From contig NC_062566.1 in the NCBI RefSeq assembly GCF_022837055.1, positions 66,862,464 through 66,926,463 of the forward strand: a stretch of DNA of 64,000 bases, given 5' to 3'. The notes beneath the pieces are model-generated. The model did no database searches, was not told where the DNA came from, and worked only from the letters and a program-made list of their open reading frames with translations. Made by a program: the position numbers and the translations under genes. Positions 12,137 through 21,666 of the stretch are shown here, one piece after another. The number at the start of each line of letters is the position of its first letter. The first letter of the stretch is position 1. This DNA comes from Prionailurus viverrinus (Eukaryota).

Positions 12137-12352
12137 AAAAAATTTTTTTTAATGTGTATTTTTGAGAGAGAGAGAGAGACAGAGTACAAGCAGGGTAGGG
12201 GCAGAGAGAGAGGAAGACACAGAATCCAAAGCAGGCTCCAGGCTCTGAGCTGTCAACACAGAGCCTGACGTGGGGCTCAAAGTCACAAACAGTGAGATCA
12301 TGACCTGAGCTGAAGTCAGATGCCTAACTGACTGAGCCACTCAGGTGCCCCT
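12137..12352 (-). mobile_element. Can-SINE in the last TEP1 intron
   Basis: ...agatcatgacctgagctgaagtcagatgcctaactgactgagccactcaggtgcccc. Confidence 0.85.
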
Positions 12353-12500
12353 CACATTAATGCCTTTAATCTGGAAACAGGTCAGTTGCACATCATAGCA
12401 AAGACAGAAGAAACCAGATTTTTGATCTTTTGCACACTCTTTGCCTAAGTTTGCTCTCTTGTGACATCCTTTAGCCCTTCTTACACATATATGCACTTAC

Positions 12501-12605
12501 CAGTTGCATACTGGGTCTCTCCCACAGCTTAACATCTCTGTCCTTTGAGGCTGTCACCAGCAGCCCCGGCAGCACATGGAGAGCCGTGACAGAGCCCGAG
12601 TGAAT
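12501..12605 (-). CDS. TEP1: TEP1 coding exon 52
   Basis: acceptor ccctccaag|A, donor CTG|gtaagt; IHSGSVTALHVLPGLLVTASKDRDVKLWERPSMQL; ORF 12471..12665. Confidence 0.85.
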
Positions 12606-12708
12606 CTTGGAGGGAAAGGAGAAGCGGTATGGTGAGCTGTTAGGAAGCATCAGTCTGTCAGACAAAGAGCCTCCTTCCCTCTATTTGTGATCCTTCCCTC
12701 AAACTCAC

Positions 12709-12914
12709 CTTTCTACGCTGCTGCGTCTTTAGCTGTGGGGGCGGTGACCAGCTATCTATGCTGTCATTCATAGATGGCTCTGTCCCTGGAGTTGGAGTTT
12801 CAGGCATTTCTGCTTCTTTCTGCCAGATGTCACCTGTGTCCCATTCTCCTTCCTGGGTGCATTTGGCGAGTTTCAATAGCATCCCGTCAGAACTGGCACA
12901 CAAATATGACGACT
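12709..12914 (-). CDS. TEP1: TEP1 coding exon 51
   Basis: acceptor aaatgtcag|A, donor AAG|gtgagt; (E)SSYLCASSDGMLLKLAKCTQEGEWDTGDIWQKEAEMPETPTPGTEPSMNDSIDSWSPPPQLKTQQRRK; ORF 12658..13074. Confidence 0.8.
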
Positions 12915-13019
12915 CTGACATTTCAAGGGCAGAGGTTAGAGCTAGGTTTCCAGCCTTGAAGGACCTACCATCCCCCACAAGGCATCTCCAGACTCCTTCA
13001 GTCCACTCATCACACTCAC

Positions 13020-13125
13020 CAGATTCAGGTTTGGCCTGAGTTACTAACACTAGGGTCCCATTTGGATTCTCCAAGGTCAGATCAAAGTTCAGGCTCTGTT
13101 CAAACTCTCCTGATTCCTTTTGCCT
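13020..13125 (-). CDS. TEP1: TEP1 coding exon 50
   Basis: acceptor cctttcacag|A, donor CTG|gtgagt; RQKESGEFEQSLNFDLTLENPNGTLVLVTQAKPES; ORF 12658..13074. Confidence 0.8.
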
Positions 13126-13795
13126 CTGTGAAAGGATGGCTCATTTTGTTTAGCCTACTTGCACTTGACCCTATCCAGCCAAAGCAACTCTTTTCAGCTC
13201 TGGGCTGTTCAGAACTTTTCTTAACTGTAATTTAGATACAGTAAAGCATATGAATCTTACATGTATGTCTCAATGAACTTTTACACATGTACACATCCAT
13301 GTAATCACTGCTCAGATCAAACTGCGGAACATTTCCATCACCCTGGAAACTTGCCTTCACGTCCCTTCCCTGTCAATGCCAGAGCACCCCCACCCCCTGT
13401 GCTAACAACATTCTGAGTTATCACTGTAAATTTCTTCTGCTTGTTCTTTAACTTCATTTGAATGAAATCATGGAGCATGTACCCTTCTGTGTCTGTCCTC
13501 TTTCGCCCCATGTACTGTCTATAAGATATGTCTGTTTTGTTCCAGATATTAGTACTTGCAGTGGCAAGGCAAGAGAGACATGAAAAAAATGCAATTAAGA
13601 AAACTCCTATGTTGATGGTTTCCCATGATCTTTTTAAAACTAGAATCCTTTTTTGTATCAAAAAAACCTCATAGGAAAGCCGAAACCCACTATAGAATGC
13701 TCCAGTTGAAGGAAGAGAAGGGAATTTAGAACCAATGCCTTTCCCTTCCTCTTATCCTCAAACATGGTCCCAAGGTTTTAAAAATATTGGTCCTG

Positions 13796-13975
13796 GGGGG
13801 CACCTGTTGAGCATTTGACTTTGGCTCAGGTCAGAATCTCGCAGTTCGTGAGTTCAAGCCCCACATCGGACCCTGTCAGCCTGTCAGGGCAGAGTCTGCT
13901 TCAGATCCTCTATCCCTCCTCTCTCTGCCCCTCCCTCACTTGCGCCCTCCCCAAAATAAATAAATATTAAAATAT
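13796..13975 (+). mobile_element. Can-SINE in a TEP1 intron
   Basis: ggggggcacctgttgagcatttgactttggctcaggtcagaatctcgcagttcgtgagttcaagcccc...aaataaataaatattaaaa. Confidence 0.8.
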
Positions 13976-14044
13976 ATAATATATGTATATATATATTGGC
14001 CCTGGACAAATGCTCATTTTAATACATACTCAAATAGGACTTAC

Positions 14045-14141
14045 AATGAAATAAAGAACTCCACAGTTCCCTAGCTGTAGGACAAACACACCATAGTCTT
14101 GATGGGTAGACAACATAATAGGATATTCTGTAAAGCCGCTC
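14045..14141 (-). CDS. TEP1: TEP1 coding exon 49 (WD40)
   Basis: acceptor ataaaccag|G (only in-frame option after an upstream TAA), donor ATT|gtaagt; (W)SGFTEYPIMLSTHQDYGVFVLQLGNCGVLYFI, same length as the human segment. Confidence 0.7.
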
Positions 14142-14292
14142 CTGGTTTATAAGAAAGAAAGAAGGCAAACCCATGAACATCTCTCTATAAGATCCCAGTA
14201 TTTTGTTCTAAGTTAGACCAAACTTCAGGGTAACCACTAACCCACTTTTCCTCTTTCTGTAGCCTGAGAGGAAACAGCATTTTGGATCCTAC

Positions 14293-14436
14293 CAGATTAC
14301 AGAGGGAGCATCCCCTGGCTTCATGTGCAGCAACTCCAAATCTGCTTTGGCCAAGATGAGGGTGTGACCGTCTGGGGCCAGGGCCACACCTGTCAGGAAC
14401 CCTAAGTCCTCCAGCAGAACTCGGTTCAGGTGAAGA
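14293..14436 (-). CDS. TEP1: TEP1 coding exon 48 (WD40)
   Basis: acceptor tgcactccag|T, donor TG|gtagga; (S)LHLNRVLLEDLGFLTGVALAPDGHTLILAKADLELLHMKPGDAPSVI. Confidence 0.8.
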
Positions 14437-15260
14437 CTGGAGTGCAAAAAAGGTACATGAGACAGAAAGTTCCTATTTTAGTCCCCCTCTCTCAGGCTCC
14501 TCTGCTCCCCATGAATTCCTTAGGAGTGAAGTACAAACACAATGCATTACCTTCACTATGAATTCTCTTCCTCTGTTTTCCTTCTGTCAGTATTCATTAT
14601 CACCATCTCCTTACCTGCCCAAACTAAGAATCTCTTACATGCCTGTCTTTTCCTTCCATCCTGATTGATAAGCACTGCGGATTCTACTTGTAACAGATGC
14701 CTAAACCTCTCTCCCCCCTTTGCATCCTACTGCCCAGCTCAGGGCCCACATTATTTCTTCCCTGGACTAGAACAACTAATGTAAAGGTGATCTCCCTGCC
14801 CTTCACATCCTCCATACTGCCACTAGAATCCTCTTCCTCAATTTCAGATCATTATTCTGTTCAAAATTCTTAGCACTGTGCTCTCCACAACCTGGCCCCA
14901 GTTTATCTTTTCAATCCAAATTCCCCGACACCCCCACCCCCACTCTCACCAAGAACCCAACACTTGGCTGTGCCCAGAATATACCATGCACTCTCATGCC
15001 TCCTTGCTTTCTGTTAATGCTACTTGCTCTTCCTGAAACATCATTCCCTTCCCTTATGGGTCTAGAAAACTCCTGCTCATCCTTTAAGCCCAACATCAAA
15101 CAGCAACTCTTTTGTACACCATAAATTTCTCAAATTCTGCACCCCCAGGAATTATATATCTCTCTCTTCATTATAGCACTAACCACTCTGCATGTTGCTG
15201 GTGGTTTACTTAAGTACACATTCTTCCACTGTGCTTCCTTAATTAAAAGGTAATTTCAGG

Positions 15261-15480
15261 GGTGCCTGGGTGACCAGTCAGTTAAGTGTCTAACTCTTGA
15301 TTTTGGCTCAGGTCATGATCTCACGGTTCATGACTTCAAGCCCTGCATTTGGCTCTGCCTGACAGCGTGGAGCCTGCTTGGGATTCTGTCTCCCTCTCTC
15401 TTTGTCCCTCCCCTGCTCCCTCTCTCTCTCTCTCTCTCTCTCTCAAAATAAATAAAAATAAACAAAAAAAAAAAAAAAAA
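15261..15480 (+). mobile_element. Can-SINE in a TEP1 intron
   Basis: ggggtgcctgggtgaccagtcagttaagtgtctaactcttgattttggctcaggtcatgatctcacggttcatgacttcaagccc...(ct)n...aaataaataaaaataaac poly-A. Confidence 0.85.
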
Positions 15481-15717
15481 AGGATTTTCAATCTGGTTCA
15501 TACTGCCTGGTTCAGAGCTTAGCATAAAGTAGGCACATGGTAATTATTATTTAAATTGACATGATGAGGAACCAAAAACAATTTCCCAGGGTCTTTTCCC
15601 CATTTGCTAACATCCTGTTAGTTCCTAGTTCAGAAGTAGAGGTGGAGTGATTTGCTCAAAATCCTGGGTGTGAGGAGACCACCGTGGTATCACATTAACC
15701 CAGCTGCCCCCTTTCAC

Positions 15718-15842
15718 CTGAAATTTGTCTGTGTCGAACCCTTCTGCAATTCCACTTGCCACTCGCTGACCTTTTCATTAGCACTGAGAACAATCAAGGT
15801 GTGTGCTGAGTACCAGATCAGAGCACTGATGCTGCCTGGAGC
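15718..15842 (-). CDS. TEP1: TEP1 coding exon 47 (WD40)
   Basis: acceptor gttctcaag|G, donor AG|gtgaaa; APGSISALIWYSAHTLIVLSANEKVSEWQVELQKGSTQTNF; ORF 15714..15914. Confidence 0.85.
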
Positions 15843-15998
15843 CTTGAGAACACAACAGGTCCATTTCAGTATTCCTGAGGTGCCAGGACTAACCTTCCTT
15901 CCACTCCCAGACATCCCCTCTTACCCCAGCACGTGCCACTACATGCACAGCCAGGGCAGAACTCACATACACAAGGAACCAAGGTTGCCCCAACACAC

Positions 15999-16135
15999 CT
16001 GTGCTGTGGCCACAGCCTTAGCTCCATGCCACAAGATTAGTTCCCCAGTTTGATTCCCAGACACTGCCATAGAACCATCTGGGGCCCAGGCCACAGCAGT
16101 GATGGCTGTAGGACTCCTGGGCATATACCTGTCAT
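15999..16135 (-). CDS. TEP1: TEP1 coding exon 46 (WD40)
   Basis: acceptor ccttctccag|A, donor CAG|gtgtgt; (D)DRYMPRSPTAITAVAWAPDGSMAVSGNQTGELILWHGAKAVATAQ. Confidence 0.8.
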
Positions 16136-16269
16136 CTGGAGAAGGAAGTGATGCATTAGAAGCTGAACCACTATTGAGATGAAAGAGGAGATATCAGGCC
16201 ACCCTGACCTTCATGGTCCCACGAACACACCCCTCTTTCATATGTTGCCTCGCTCCATGACTCACTCAC

Positions 16270-16402
16270 CTGCTTCCTTAGGTAGCTGCCAGAGCCGAAT
16301 GGAACCATCCTCTGAGGTAGTCAACAGGAGGCCTGAGGTCTCTGAAACAGCAGCTGCACTGATTGGACCACTGTGTCCCAGGAGGGTGTGTGTTTGAAAC
16401 AC
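16270..16402 (-). CDS. TEP1: TEP1 coding exon 45 (WD40); acceptor lies 5-10 bp from the 5' end of a SINE
   Basis: acceptor cccccctcctag|G (pyrimidine tract partly from the SINE head), donor G|gtgagt; VFQTHTLLGHSGPISAAAVSETSGLLLTTSEDGSIRLWQLPKEA. Confidence 0.8.
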
Positions 16403-16409
16403 CTAGGAG

Positions 16410-16625
16410 GGGGGTGCCTGGGTGGCTCAGTCAGTTAAGGGTCAGACTTCAGCTCAGGTCATGATCTTACAGTTCGTGGGTTCGAGCCCTGCACAGGCTC
16501 TGTGCTGACAGCTCAGAGCCTGGAGGCTGTTTTGGATTCTGTGTCTCCCTCTCTCTGCCCCTCCCCAACTCTCTCTCTCTCTCTCTCTCTCTCTCAAAAA
16601 TAAATAAACATTAAAAAAAAAAAAA
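16410..16625 (+). mobile_element. Can-SINE in a TEP1 intron, head abuts the acceptor of coding exon 45
   Basis: ggggggtgcctgggtggctcagtcagttaagggtcagacttcagctcaggtcatgatcttacagttcgtgggttcgagccc...(ct)n aaaaataaataaacattaaaaaaa. Confidence 0.85.
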
Positions 16626-16763
16626 TGAAACACCTAAGAGGAAAGGATGGAGGTGGGCCCAGCGGTGGGGGGAGGGGGAGGCACAGGAATGTCAACACAA
16701 CAAAAGGCTGTTCCACTATACCCCCTCCACTCCGCCCCCCCCCAGTCCTTTCAGGGAACTCAC

Positions 16764-16840
16764 CAAGAGTGGATGCCACAACCGTGTGGCCCCATCCAGT
16801 CCAACAGTCACCACTAGAAGCTCTGACCCAGGCTGCCCAG
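16764..16840 (-). CDS. TEP1: TEP1 coding exon 44 (WD40)
   Basis: acceptor ccttatcag|C, donor TTG|gtgagt; (A)GQPGSELLVVTVGLDGATRLWHPLL; frame tied to stop of ORF 16814..17044. Confidence 0.8.
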
Positions 16841-16920
16841 CTGATAAGGCACAGAGACTAAGTCAAAAGAAGGGAAGAAGCATGGGCGAAAGGGAGGGAA
16901 GGGGGCTGACAATCCCTTAC

Positions 16921-17056
16921 CTGGCTGGGGCTCCAAGGCAGCTGCACAGTGGCTGATCGGTCCTGAGTGAGCAGGGATGCTAGTCAGCTCCACGCCCTGA
17001 TGGTCCCACACTTTCAAGGTCCCATCTCGGCCCACAGACACCACATGTTCTTCCTG
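16921..17056 (-). CDS. TEP1: TEP1 coding exon 43 (WD40)
   Basis: acceptor ctggggcag|G, donor G|gtaagg; EEHVVSVGRDGTLKVWDHQGVELTSIPAHSGPISHCAAALEPQP; ORF 16814..17044. Confidence 0.85.
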
Positions 17057-17414
17057 CCCCAGAGCACAGGATCAGTACAGAGTCCTACTGAGCAGGATAT
17101 GGGGAGTGTGACTCCTACCAGGAGGTGAGGGCAGACCACTAAAGGCTTAGGCATTGTCAAAGAGGAAAACGCAGGGACAGAGTCTGGGTGGCTCAGGACT
17201 GCAATCCTGCATGAGGTCCAGATACTAAGCTGCCCTCTTCCTCCCATCACACCAACCCTCAGCCTCAATACCCTAGATCGGTTCTAATCCAGGCCCGAGT
17301 ATCTCATTCTTTATACTTCTTTTACCTTTGAGATTAGATACCCAAGGCACCCAGTGTCCCAAAGCCTACTTAGCTTTCCTAGAGCCCCCACTGAGCTCTC
17401 CACTGCCTTCTCAC

Positions 17415-17522
17415 CACGGCTAACACGGCGCTCACGGCACTCTGATGACCTAGGAACTGGCCAAGCTGCTGTTTCAGTTCTGGGTCCCACAGCCCCACAG
17501 AGCCATCACTGGAGCAGGAGAC
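17415..17522 (-). CDS. TEP1: TEP1 coding exon 42 (WD40)
   Basis: acceptor gactctgcag|G, donor GTG|gtgaga; VSCSSDGSVGLWDPELKQQLGQFLGHQSAVSAVLAV; ORF 17379..17561. Confidence 0.85.
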
Positions 17523-18194
17523 CTGCAGAGTCAGAGGTTGGAGGAATGGGATTATCAGCATGCTTCCAGCATTTTTGTGTGTTTATAATATTGGGGAGGA
17601 GCAGTAAGGTTTGTGATTAAGAACATGGGATGTCCTGGGTTCTAGCTCTGCCATACTTTACTTTGTGACCTGGGACAAGTTCATGTCTCTAAGCCTTAGA
17701 ATTCTTATCTACTCAATAAGGATAATAACAGTGTATCTATCTCATATGGCTGCTGTGGGGCTAATGCACCTGCCTGGACTTAGGACTTAGCACACTGCCT
17801 AGCACATACTAAGCACTGAATAAATAGAGGCTATTGTCCTTGTTATTAATATAATGTCAGTCAACAAACCCAGACAAAGGTGAAAAGTCTGCAATGCCAA
17901 GAAAAGATCCAGCTACCTAAAAGGCAAGGATAGGGCAGATATAACAAGTTTATTCAACTGATATACTCCTTTCTCATCTCTTCTTGAGAATAATATAGGG
18001 ACTCTGCATTGGAACACTAGGTTTTACCAACCTTGAGTGCATAATCTGAGTTGGTTTTTTTTTGTTTTTTTGTTTTTTGCCTTAGGACTAAAGAAATCAT
18101 AGCAGTAGCCTTTAACTGCAGGGACAGGGGATACTAAATCCTTAGGGAGACAGTGTGTGTTCTTGTTAACAGCATGGGCTTTCTTTTCTTCTTC

Positions 18195-18402
18195 TTCTTT
18201 TTTTTTAATGTTTATTTATTTTGATAGAGACAGAGAGTATGAGCAGGGGAGGGGCAGAGAGGGAGACAGAGAGAATCCCAAGCAGGCTCTGCACTGTCAG
18301 CACGGAGCCCCACGTGGGGCTCAAACTCACGAACCATGAGATCATGACCTGAGCTGAAATCAAGTCAGATGCTTAACTGACAGAGCCACCCAGGTACCCC
18401 AA
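18195..18402 (-). mobile_element. Can-SINE in a TEP1 intron with TSD
   Basis: ...accatgagatcatgacctgagctgaaatcaagtcagatgcttaactgacagagccacccaggtacccc; TSD gcatgggctttctt. Confidence 0.85.
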
Positions 18403-18723
18403 GTGCATGGGCTTTCTTATGTTTACTGGTTCAGTTCATAACTTACCTGACCTTAGAAATGTTCTTTAATCTATCTGAGCTCTATATCCTTGTCTGTGAG
18501 AGATAATAGTAGTATCCGTATCTGCTTTACAAGGAGTTGTAAAGAGTAAAAGAGGCAAGACATTCAAAGAGCTTAGTTCAATGCCTGGCACATACTAAGT
18601 GCTCAATAAATGTCAGCTATTACTATTATTATAAATGGGTGTTAGAAATAGGATGAGATGGACAGTGTTGTCCTCCCCCAGGAACCCTGCTGAGCTCTGC
18701 CCCACCCCCACCTCTTCCCTTAC

Positions 18724-18837
18724 CAATAGGTTGTCTTTGGTCCAGGCACAGCCGGTGACCCAGTCACGGTGACAAGCAGAGAAGGAGTAAATCAGAACAG
18801 GGGCTTTGGGCATCTGCACATCCCAGCAGAAGAGACT
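18724..18837 (-). CDS. TEP1: TEP1 coding exon 41 (WD40)
   Basis: acceptor cctatccag|A, donor TTG|gtaagg; SLFCWDVQMPKAPVLIYSFSACHRDWVTGCAWTKDNLL; ORF 18613..18852. Confidence 0.85.
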
Positions 18838-19079
18838 CTGGATAGGTCCCAAGAGAGGGGGCAGTCAGGACCACAGGAGGGAGGTAGGAATACCAGGGCC
18901 ATTTGGGGCAAGAAATTTTAAAGGGAAAGGGGATATCAAGGAAGGGATGGTGGGCAGATGTGGCAAAGGAGATATGGCAAAACGAAATGCCTTAGGGAGC
19001 AATGGGAAATGGGCTGTTGAGGAATCCAGGGACCAGAGGGGCTGTGGGGCCCAAGGTGGGAGGACCCCCTGTGGCTCAC

Positions 19080-19240
19080 CCGGTCCCTGCCCCCAGTGGC
19101 CAGCCTGCCTCCATCAGTGTTGAAGCTACAGCAGTTTACAGGTCCCTCGTGTCCCCGGAGCTCAGTGCCACAGGGAAAGTCTTCTGCCTTTTGGGGCAGT
19201 GTCAGCAACTGCTTTGGCCAGAGCCGCACTGTGAAATCTT
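19080..19240 (-). CDS. TEP1: TEP1 coding exon 40 (WD40)
   Basis: acceptor ccaatgcag|A, donor CGG|gtgagc; (E)DFTVRLWPKQLLTLPQKAEDFPCGTELRGHEGPVNCCSFNTDGGRLATGGRDR; ORF 18936..19313. Confidence 0.85.
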
Positions 19241-19753
19241 CTGCATTGGAAATAGGGAGAAGGGAAGATTCTCTGAAAGAGGAAGTGTGACAGGACCCCA
19301 AAGACAAAGGCAATCATGCGGGGCGAGGGCGATGTCCCACGGCACAGCTCCAGGGAGAAAAGCAGTGAGTCATAGGCTGTAGAAAGCCTGAACAGGGGGT
19401 TAGTCATCATATGAGTTCACAGGACAGGAATATCAGGCAGTCCCAGCTCTCGCTCTTCAGCTGTCTAACTCCCTGCTACACCTCCAGACCCTCCTCTTCT
19501 CAAGTGCCCACTATTACTTGGACCAAGCTTCCTACCTAGAGAGGACTAAGGCCTCTCTCCTCATTTTCACCTCAACATCTCTCCTCATAAGGGAATGTCA
19601 TTCCTATACAAAGCAAAGTGTCCCACTGGGCAGAAACTCAAAGAATTATAGGGATTACAAAGAGGTCCCAGAATCAGGGCTAGGAAATACGAAGAAATAG
19701 TCTAGACTGCTTATGTAAGATAAATGCATTTAAAACCACTTTCAAAGTTGTAA

Positions 19754-19778
19754 AAAAAAAAAAAAAAAAAAAAAGTGT
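19754..19778. repeat. poly(A) tract (25 nt) in a TEP1 intron
   Basis: aaaaaaaaaaaaaaaaaaaaaaaaa. Confidence 0.9.
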
Positions 19779-19867
19779 GTGTATTTTCTTGTATGCATAT
19801 ACATATAAATTGAGGGAAACTATTAGCATCTTTAAAAGAAAGCTGCCCACTGCCCACCCAGCAGTAC

Positions 19868-20080
19868 CTGAGGCAGAAGCTAAGAGTTCGTTGGAGGTGG
19901 CCAGTCCCAACACGGGTTTCTGGTATCTGGACAAGAGCCAGAGGGACTGAAGGGAACTTTCCGTGAGATGCCAGCCTTGCAGGGACCCATCTTCTGCACC
20001 ACTCACCAACACCTTAGGGCTGAGCCAGGCCAGTGCCGACACTGCCACATCTAGTGTTTGACACTGAGCCCCCTGTGAAC
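19868..20080 (-). CDS. TEP1: TEP1 coding exon 39 (WD40)
   Basis: acceptor cattctctag|G, donor G|gtactg; (G)SQGAQCQTLDVAVSALAWLSPKVLVSGAEDGSLQGWHLTESSLQSLWLLSRYQKPVLGLATSNELLASAS; ORF 19680..20351. Confidence 0.85.
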
Positions 20081-20186
20081 CTAGAGAATGACCAGAAAAC
20101 ATAGAGTAAGATATTCCAAAAGGGAATTCAGGGTGGGGAGGTTCTTTCCAAAGGCCCAAACACCCCATCCTCTCTCTCTTCAGTAC

Positions 20187-20340
20187 CTGAAGCAATTGTA
20201 TAGATCCTAATGCCATCCGCTCGGTACCCAACAGCCACTCGATCGCCATCTGGGTTGAGAGCCACAGAGAGGGCAGGAGAGAGGGGAAGGGAACCAAGGC
20301 ATCCCCGGGGCCGACCCAGAGATCCGGACCACACCTGAAC
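20187..20340 (-). CDS. TEP1: TEP1 coding exon 38 (WD40)
   Basis: acceptor ggccctcag|G, donor G|gtactg; VQVWSGSLGRPRGCLGSLPLSPALSVALNPDGDRVAVGYRADGIRIYTIAS; ORF 20128..20601. Confidence 0.85.
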
Positions 20341-20593
20341 CTGAGGGCCAAGAACAGGACTTAAAGATACACCACTTCCATCCCCAGAGTGACAGCCACC
20401 CCCATGAAAGTCCTCCTTCCAAAGAGTCTTCTCTCGAGAGCTGCTCGCGCACACACCTGCACCCCTCTCCCCGTAGCTTGCACCAGCTAAGCTCCTCCCC
20501 CGTCTCCCCGACAAAGGCTCCACCCTTACCCAAATATTCCCTGCCTTTCGTACCCCCTCCTCAGAACCCACCACCAGCCCTCTGCAACCTGAC

Positions 20594-20806
20594 CTTGCCA
20601 TCCTCTCCGGCTGTCAGTAACTGGCACCCAGCACGCAGGAAAAGGGCAGCGGCCACTGTGCCATGGTGGGCAGGGAAGGCAGCCAGCCGTGCCCCCTCAT
20701 GCCAGGACCACAGCTCCACCATCCCGTCCAGCCGACCCACAGCCACAACCCGCCCAGGCACATTGAAAGTCAAGGTACGGATGGAGGCTCCTGGGGCTCC
20801 CAGTTC
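20594..20806 (-). CDS. TEP1: TEP1 coding exon 37 (WD40)
   Basis: acceptor ctcatgtag|G, donor AAG|gtcagg; ELGAPGASIRTLTFNVPGRVVAVGRLDGMVELWSWHEGARLAAFPAHHGTVAAALFLRAGCQLLTAGEDGK; ORF 20561..20773. Confidence 0.8.
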
Positions 20807-20952
20807 CTACATGAGGGGGTAGAAATGGAAATGTCAGGACCTGCTCTCAACACAAGCCCAAAGTGAAACAGAATGTGGATGTCCGTCACTCCACATTTTC
20901 TGCTCCCACCCTCTTGACCTTCCTCCCCCAGGACTACACAGGACCATCTCAC

Positions 20953-21190
20953 CTTGATAGCTCTGAGCCCGTCCACATGGAAGAAGCTGAAACTGCCAGC
21001 CCAGCTGCCTATGGCTATCACCTGCCCTTCTGGGTGGAAAGTAACGCAGTTCAGGGGCCTGGGACATGTATGTTCAAAGGCCAGCTGCCAGCGGACTGTG
21101 TCCCACAGCTGAAGGAGAGAGGAGAGGAATCTAGATGCTGAGTACAGATGCCTGAGCATCACAGTCCCAGAAGCCACCTTATCCAGTCCC
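20953..21190 (-). CDS. TEP1: TEP1 coding exon 36 (WD40)
   Basis: donor AAG|gtgaga; (R)GLDKVASGTVMLRHLYSASRFLSSLLQLWDTVRWQLAFEHTCPRPLNCVTFHPEGQVIAIGSWAGSFSFFHVDGLRAIK; ORF 20770..21177. Acceptor gagggcag|G is the only in-frame choice after an upstream TAG, so the 5' end is less certain. Confidence 0.7.
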
Positions 21191-21541
21191 CTGCCCTCAG
21201 CAGGGAAGGCTTCCCCCAGCTAAGTAGTCAGCAGCTCTGCCTCACAAAGAAAACAACTTCACGGGGCTGACTTGGCAGTTAAGGCCACTTTGACTACCAC
21301 AGCCCCTTGATCATTACCTTGAGACATCCTCCCAGGCACACAGTGGCCAGCAGTCGGCGGTCTGGGCTGAGGCAGCAGCCAGTGATTTGGTACTGGTGAG
21401 CCTTGGTCTGGAGCACCCTATCCCAGGGAGACAAAGTCAGGCTCCTGGGGCCCCTGGCCTCCATCCTCTTTCTTCTCCCCTGGGGGCTCCCAACAAGCAG
21501 GGAAAGCCCTCACTCCCAGACATGAGGGCGGGACCCCTTAC

Positions 21542-21666
21542 CGACAACCTTGCTTCAGGTCCCAGAGCTCCAAAAGCCCATCAAAGGCAGTGAGAAAGAG
21601 GGCACTGTCCGAGAGGAATGAGCAAGAGGATACCCCATCACAGCCGCTCACCAAAGACTTCTCCTC
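21542..21666 (-). CDS. TEP1: TEP1 coding exon 35 (WD40 region begins)
   Basis: acceptor ttctcacag|G, donor CG|gtaagg; EEKSLVSGCDGVSSCSFLSDSALFLTAFDGLLELWDLKQGC; ORF 21538..21912. Confidence 0.85.

Noticed and set aside
12421-12475. Alternative terminal exon directly after exon 52 (cttag|GCAAAGAG..., AKSVQKIKNLVSSVFAMMCN*)
   Set aside because: No similarity to the TEP1 C-terminus, whereas the exon at 11925-12047 reproduces the conserved ...LGLF.CEG.VSCLEPWLG.NSTL.LAVGD.QGNVYFL.WE* ending; the intervening SINE is simply intronic.
12658-13074. Single 138-aa ORF suggesting one large TEP1 exon
   Set aside because: A strong internal donor (TCTG|gtgagt) and acceptor (aaatgtcag|AG) split it into two exons, matching the conserved protein (...AKPES|ESSYLCASSDG...). 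The read-through is the in-frame intron reported as a finding.
14254-14275. Tiny exon GCTACAGAAAGAGGAAAAGTGG|gttagt after acceptor cctctcag (would encode LQKEEKW)
   Set aside because: It does not match the expected sequence; the conserved segment SGFTEYPIMLSTHQDYGVFVLQ... is found in frame at 14045-14141 with good splice signals.
19680-20601. Long minus-strand ORFs (223 and 157 aa) as single exons
   Set aside because: Each contains one genuine TEP1 exon (19868-20080; 20187-20340) extended by intronic read-through; acceptor and donor positions and the homology boundary define the true exons.
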